Shown here piece after piece: positions 60,147-64,000 of a DNA stretch of 64,000 bases. A program made the translations under genes and the position numbers. Below the pieces are notes generated by a model, which saw only the letters and a list, made by a program, of their open reading frames with translations, was not told the DNA's origin and did not search any database. This stretch comes from an uncultured Alphaproteobacteria bacterium (GTDB lineage Bacteria > Pseudomonadota > Alphaproteobacteria > HIMB59 > GCA-002718135): positions 2,609-66,608 of the forward strand of contig CACMET010000007.1 of assembly GCA_902612825.1 (NCBI GenBank), written 5' to 3'. How positions within the stretch are numbered: position 1 is the stretch's first letter; every line of letters starts with the position of its first letter.

Positions 60147-61583
60147 CTAGTAGAGTCTTTTACTAATCCTTTTAGTCTGTCCGTGACTATACACCCCATC
60201 TACGCCACCATCTCTTCCATAACCTGATCTTTTGTAACCACCACCTGGAAGATTATTTCCATCAACAAACCAATCATTTTGCCAAATTATTCCAGCCTGA
60301 ATTCTATCAGCAGTCCATTTTGCTTTTTGGTCATCTGAAGTAAATACTCCGGAAGCAAGACCGTATTTTGTTGAATTAGCTATACTTATTGCTTCTTCTT
60401 CATCTTCAAAATCAAATATTGATGTTACAGGGCCAAATATTTCTTCTTGAGCAATTGTTGCATCAACTTTAACATTATCAAAAATAGTTGGTTGGTAAAA
60501 ATTACCATCGTCTCTCTCAGCTTTATCCCCGCCTATTGTTAAAGTAGCACCTGATTGTACACCAGATTTTACATAATTTGAAACTCTTTGCATTTGATCA
60601 GTTGAGATTAAAGGTGTTACTTCCGTTCCATCTTCGTCACCTGCACCTATTTTTAATTTTTGCGTTTTTGCAACAAGCTTTGTCATATACTCATCTTTAA
60701 TTTTTGGATGAACTATAACTCTAGACATTGCCACACATATTTGACCTGCATTTGGTTTAAAAATTCCTTTAACTGTACTGTCTACAGCTTTATCAATGTC
60801 AGCATCGGGATAGATTATAGCTGCGGACTTTCCTCCTAATTCAAAATGAGTAGGTATAATTCTATCTGCTGTTTCTTTAAGAATTTCTGAAGCAACTTCA
60901 GGTGATCCAGTAAATACAATATAATCACTTCCTGGATGTTGGACTAATTTTCGACCAGTTGTTTCTCCATAACCGTGAAGAATATTTATAATTCCTTTTG
61001 GAACACCAACATCCTCAAAAATTTGACCATAAAAATTAGACGATATAGGACAAAGTTCAGGAGGTTTTATAACTATGGTATTTCCCACTATCCAATTCTG
61101 CGCAACCATTCCAGAAAATATAGAAACAGGATAATTCCAAGGTACAATTTGAAGCGCAACTCCAAAAGGTTCTAAAACAACATAGTTTAAAGTATCTTTA
61201 CCAGATGGAATTAATTTATTTTCTATTTTGTCTGTTAATCCTGCATAAAAATCAAAGGTATCAGCAGCACCTTTGAATTCATCAATACATTGTTTATTCG
61301 TTTTACCATTTTCTTGGCTTAAAAGTTTACCACCTTCTTCTTTTCTTTCTCTTAATTTTTGAGCAATGGCTCTCATCATATTTGATTTATCTTTTGCATC
61401 CATATCAACCAAAATTCTTTTATCGAATGCCTTTTTTGCAGCCTGAAAAGCTAAATCTATTTCTTCATCCAAAGCTTCATCAATATTACCAACAATTTTT
61501 TGATTAGCCGGATTTAATACAGGAATATTTTTCTTTGAGAGTGAATCAATGAATTTACCATCAATAAAATTTCTTAACTCCAT
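60147..61583 (-). CDS. Aldehyde dehydrogenase
   Basis: PWNYP, FTGS, ELGGKS, GQIC and EEIFGPV motifs. Confidence 0.9.
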   Translation of the reverse strand: MELRNFIDGKFIDSLSKKNIPVLNPANQKIVGNIDEALDEEIDLAFQAAKKAFDKRILVDMDAKDKSNMMRAIAQKLRERKEEGGKLLSQENGKTNKQCIDEFKGAADTFDFYAGLTDKIENKLIPSGKDTLNYVVLEPFGVALQIVPWNYPVSIFSGMVAQNWIVGNTIVIKPPELCPISSNFYGQIFEDVGVPKGIINILHGYGETTGRKLVQHPGSDYIVFTGSPEVASEILKETADRIIPTHFELGGKSAAIIYPDADIDKAVDSTVKGIFKPNAGQICVAMSRVIVHPKIKDEYMTKLVAKTQKLKIGAGDEDGTEVTPLISTDQMQRVSNYVKSGVQSGATLTIGGDKAERDDGNFYQPTIFDNVKVDATIAQEEIFGPVTSIFDFEDEEEAISIANSTKYGLASGVFTSDDQKAKWTADRIQAGIIWQNDWFVDGNNLPGGGYKRSGYGRDGGVDGVYSHGQTKRISKRLY

Positions 61584-61730
61584 ATAAAAATATAGATAAA
61601 ACTAAAGCTGAAGATGTGTCAAGTATAGTTTAATTATTCGGAACTTGAATAGGAATAAAATAGTCTGGAAAGTATTTTTAATATTAAACTTAAACATTTA
61701 ATTAGTCCTAATTTTGTGGTAATTTTAAAT

Positions 61731-62906
61731 ATGGAAGAATTAAATAAAATTTTCCAACATTATTTAGATCAAAAGACTTTTCCAGGAATTCAGTGGTCTA
61801 TTTATAAAGATGGAAAATACTTATCTGGTAAACTTGGTTATTCAAATATTGAAACTCTCAAAGAAATAGAAGACGATACAATTTACAGAATATTTTCAAT
61901 GACTAAGCCTATAATAGCAATAGTCACAATGCAACTTGTAGAAAAAAAATTAATAAATTTAGATGATCCAGTTGATAAATATTTAACCGAATTTCAAAAT
62001 CTAAAAGTTATGAAAAATAACAAAGAATCAATAAGTGATATTGAAGACTTAAAAATAAAACCAACAATAAAAAATCTTTTACAACATACTGCAGGCTTTA
62101 GTTACGGATTTCTTCCTGATGCGCTTGCTGCTGAGTATACGAAACAAAAATTATTTAATGAAAGATTATTATCTGATGAAATAAAATTATTATCTAAATT
62201 TCCTTTGTACAGTCAGCCTATGACAGAATGGCGATATTCTGTTTGTATAGATGTTTTAGCAAGAATATTAGAGATGGTTCTCAATAAGAAACTTCAAAAT
62301 ATTCTTAAAGATAATATTTTTGACCCTCTTGATATGCAAGATACTGGATTTTCTTTAGATAACAAAAAATCTCAGAGGTTGATGACATTGTATCAATATG
62401 ATTCACAAAGTAAAAAGTTAATTGAAGAAAAAAATCCGCAAGATTATCCTATAAACAGTGAAACCTATGCGCGAGGAGGCCATGGTCTGTATTCTACAAT
62501 GAAAGATTATAACAAATTTTGTAAGATGCTTTTAAACGGAAAATCAGATTCTGGAGTTCAAATAATTAGTGAAAAAACTTTAAATTTAATTATTAAAAAT
62601 ACTTTACCAGAAAATCTTTTACCTATGAAAATAGAAGGGATAGATGGACTTTCAGAAGAAGGTGATAATGGTCTTGAGCCATATGGTTGGGGTTTAGGTT
62701 TTAGGACAATGTTATTTCCAGAAAAAAACAAAAATATTGGAGAATTTGAAGAATTTGGATGGGCTGGAGCAGCTTCAACTTATTTTTTAGTAGATATAAA
62801 AAATAATTTATTTGCTACATTAATGACTCACGTTTTAAATGGTGATAGAAAACTAAATGTGGATTTTTATGAATTTATTTACAGTACTTTTTTGAGCTCT
62901 AAGTAA
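61731..62906 (+). CDS. Serine hydrolase, beta-lactamase/esterase family
   Basis: SMTK nucleophile motif, LLQHTAG, WRYS, GGHGLYST and FGWAGAA. Confidence 0.85.
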   Translation: MEELNKIFQHYLDQKTFPGIQWSIYKDGKYLSGKLGYSNIETLKEIEDDTIYRIFSMTKPIIAIVTMQLVEKKLINLDDPVDKYLTEFQNLKVMKNNKESISDIEDLKIKPTIKNLLQHTAGFSYGFLPDALAAEYTKQKLFNERLLSDEIKLLSKFPLYSQPMTEWRYSVCIDVLARILEMVLNKKLQNILKDNIFDPLDMQDTGFSLDNKKSQRLMTLYQYDSQSKKLIEEKNPQDYPINSETYARGGHGLYSTMKDYNKFCKMLLNGKSDSGVQIISEKTLNLIIKNTLPENLLPMKIEGIDGLSEEGDNGLEPYGWGLGFRTMLFPEKNKNIGEFEEFGWAGAASTYFLVDIKNNLFATLMTHVLNGDRKLNVDFYEFIYSTFLSSK

Positions 62907-62919
62907 ATGAAATTAATAT

Positions 62920-63930
62920 CTAATTGTTAGGTAGCTGAACTGGTATAAAATAATCAGGGTTTTTAGATTTTTTTATTACTGCAGGTAAAATTTCTTTATA
63001 AGCTTGGTATAGGGTTTGAGGTTCTGGCATTTGATCTTTTATTACTTCATATAATTTTGGAAGATTGTAGGAAGGCACCATAGGAAACATATGATGTTCA
63101 ATATGGTATTCCATCTTCCAATAAATAAAACTAAAAATCGGATTAAGTCTAACAGATCTTGTTGATAGTCGGTGATCTTTGGCGCTTTCTTTTAGACCCA
63201 TATGTTGTGTTACACCCCAGATACCATTAATGCCAAAGAACTTTGGTATTAAAAATAAAAATATTGGCAAAAAGGTAGAAAAGTAAATTGAGACAGCTAT
63301 TATTGTAATCCATAGAAGAACAAAAATTCTAGAGCTATTTATACAATCATTAATTTTATCTTCTGGAATGCAATCTTTCATCACATCAGTCCTAATGCCT
63401 AAAGCATGTTTAATAATTTCTACATAAAGAGATTTATGAATTGTAAAAAAACCAATTCCAGGAATAAAATTTAAAATAAAACTTAAAAATGTATGTTTAG
63501 CAAAAATACTACCATCAACTTCGTAGTCATGAGGATCAACTGAAGCAGTATAGCTATGATGAAGAGAGTGACTCCACTTCCATCTAACAGGTTCAAAATT
63601 ATTCATAAAACTAGCAATGTTATAGAAGAATTTATTTAATCTTCTATTTCTGAAAGCAGTTCCATGACCACACTCATGCCAAATAGCATCAGCTCCACCC
63701 CACATCGTAGAATAAGCAAGGTATACAGGTATAAACCACAAGCTATGCCATGTATATATCGATAATAAACCTAGAGCACCTAATGATAGTGAATAAATAA
63801 TAATATGTTTCCACCCCTCAAAATCTGATCTTTTGGAAAGTTTTTTTAGAGTTTTCCTATCTATATTAGCCCTAAACCATTCTTCTGATATGTTGTTTAT
63901 CCCTGTTTGAACTTTTTTAGTTTCTGACAT
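62920..63930 (-). CDS. Second MocD-like membrane di-iron enzyme
   Basis: WHECGHGTAF, WSHSLHH and YHIEHHMFP motifs; paralog of 48826-49821. Confidence 0.8.
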   Translation of the reverse strand: MSETKKVQTGINNISEEWFRANIDRKTLKKLSKRSDFEGWKHIIIYSLSLGALGLLSIYTWHSLWFIPVYLAYSTMWGGADAIWHECGHGTAFRNRRLNKFFYNIASFMNNFEPVRWKWSHSLHHSYTASVDPHDYEVDGSIFAKHTFLSFILNFIPGIGFFTIHKSLYVEIIKHALGIRTDVMKDCIPEDKINDCINSSRIFVLLWITIIAVSIYFSTFLPIFLFLIPKFFGINGIWGVTQHMGLKESAKDHRLSTRSVRLNPIFSFIYWKMEYHIEHHMFPMVPSYNLPKLYEVIKDQMPEPQTLYQAYKEILPAVIKKSKNPDYFIPVQLPNN

Positions 63931-64000
63931 AATTACGATATAAATAATAAAAAATTACGTTTTTTCCAGTAAAAATCTCGTATTTATTTTATAACAAATG

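Noticed and set aside
462-61175. Numerous 60-130 aa ORFs antisense to, or out of frame within, longer genes
   Set aside because: They lie on well-supported genes and show no family motifs, so they are shadow ORFs.
1614-61730. Longest-ORF starts at 1614, 4109, 7676, 12220, 30396, 44143, 47750 and 61716
   Set aside because: They overlap neighbouring genes or the operator, or lack support. Downstream starts fit SD position, coupling or domain boundaries better.
61731-62906. Beta-lactamase / antibiotic resistance gene
   Set aside because: SxxK is shared with family VIII esterases. There is no signal peptide or KTG motif, and the context is catabolic.
1-64000. CRISPR arrays, tRNA/rRNA, IS elements, prophage or defence genes
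   Set aside because: No spaced repeats, cloverleaf or rRNA-like tracts, or transposase/integrase motifs were recognised. The intergenic spaces are too short for rRNA or arrays.

Overview
Very AT-rich, gene-dense window with tiny intergenic spacers. It looks like a streamlined marine alphaproteobacterium, plausibly SAR11 or HIMB59/AEGEAN-169-like; this is an inference from composition and gene content. Almost all of it is nutrient uptake and catabolism. In order: the end of a sarcosine-oxidase-type operon with a DoeA-like hydrolase; an orphan module (554-aa hypothetical, DUF3726, atypical M19 dipeptidase); a PotABCD-like transporter; a GlnA4-type gamma-glutamylation triad; sugar and inositol dehydrogenases; a GH20/nagA/nagB-II amino-sugar cluster with tandem-duplicated permeases; an aglEFG-K/aglR locus lacking aglA; and a 15-kb block bounded by two MocD-like di-iron enzymes. 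That block holds a PhyH dioxygenase, a PanB-like protein lacking its Mg ligands, two ABC systems, thuAB (thuA frameshifted), an aldehyde dehydrogenase and a serine hydrolase. No rRNA, tRNA, CRISPR or mobile element was recognised. The best candidates for novelty are the MocD/PanB-like/PhyH module, a structured intergenic RNA near 42.85-42.92 kb carrying an anti-Shine-Dalgarno seed complementary to the start regions of solute-binding-protein genes, and the 554-aa hypothetical module. All family calls come from motif recognition by eye, not database searches.
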